From positions 1-38,162 of the forward strand of contig JBHIAC010000015.1 in assembly GCA_046758365.1 (NCBI GenBank): a DNA stretch of 38,162 nt, written 5' to 3'. The DNA comes from a bacterium. GTDB taxonomy: Bacteria; Zhuqueibacterota; Zhuqueibacteria; Oceanimicrobiales; Oceanimicrobiaceae. A program made the position numbers and the translations under genes. A model generated the notes under the pieces. That model did not search any database, had not been told where the DNA came from, and saw nothing but the letters and a program-made list of their open reading frames with translations. This document shows positions 37,954 through 38,162 of this stretch, in pieces (position 1 is the first letter of the stretch; each line of letters opens with the position of its first letter).

Positions 37954-38162
37954 ATCAAATTAATGTAAACATGGCATCGAAAATTGACAAACTCCAAGCG
38001 CAGCGAAGCCGCAAGTAGAAACAATCCTGAATAAGTTTCTGGATTCGATTCAAAAGGAGAAACAGATTGTTCCATTGTTGAGCCTGATAAACGGTCGAGC
38101 CATTATGTATTTATATTACCAAAAATCAAGTAATTCAACAATTTAACAATGCAACAATAGAA

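Noticed and set aside
37971..38018. Short ORF MASKIDKLQAQRSRK after the last kinase
   Set aside because: Only 15 codons, with no SD and no supporting feature.

Overview
AT-rich bacterial chromosomal window. The likely source is a non-Bacteroidetes FCB-group lineage such as KSB1 or Calditrichota. This is inferred from a PorU-type T9SS sortase occurring alongside canonical Shine-Dalgarno sites and TTGACA/TATAAT-type promoters. Coding content in order: 3' end of ligA, a YtxH/DUF948 pair, a 1617-aa hybrid sensor kinase, an NtrC-type sigma54 activator, a small unknown protein, a TolB-like protein, a cytidylate-kinase-like protein, a PP2C phosphatase, PlsC, PorU, a thioredoxin-glutaredoxin-SOD cluster, a TonB-dependent receptor (minus strand), folC, rho-rpmE-DUF1385-prfA-prmC, a phosphomannomutase, an S55 peptidase plus beta-propeller pair, a DHH phosphoesterase and a sensor-less histidine kinase. 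No rRNA, tRNA, CRISPR array or intact transposase was seen. The most unusual signal is non-coding: several families of miniature inverted-repeat elements. One TGACG...CGTCA family has TTTA target duplications, and one copy sits in-frame inside a signal peptide. A heptamer-armed palindrome holds a deleted four-helix-bundle gene and appears to supply a promoter. There is also a triple-nested palindrome and a hairpin inside the C-terminal extension of RF1. Three well-formed sigma54 promoters with candidate enhancer sites were found, and the S55 peptidase appears circularly permuted.
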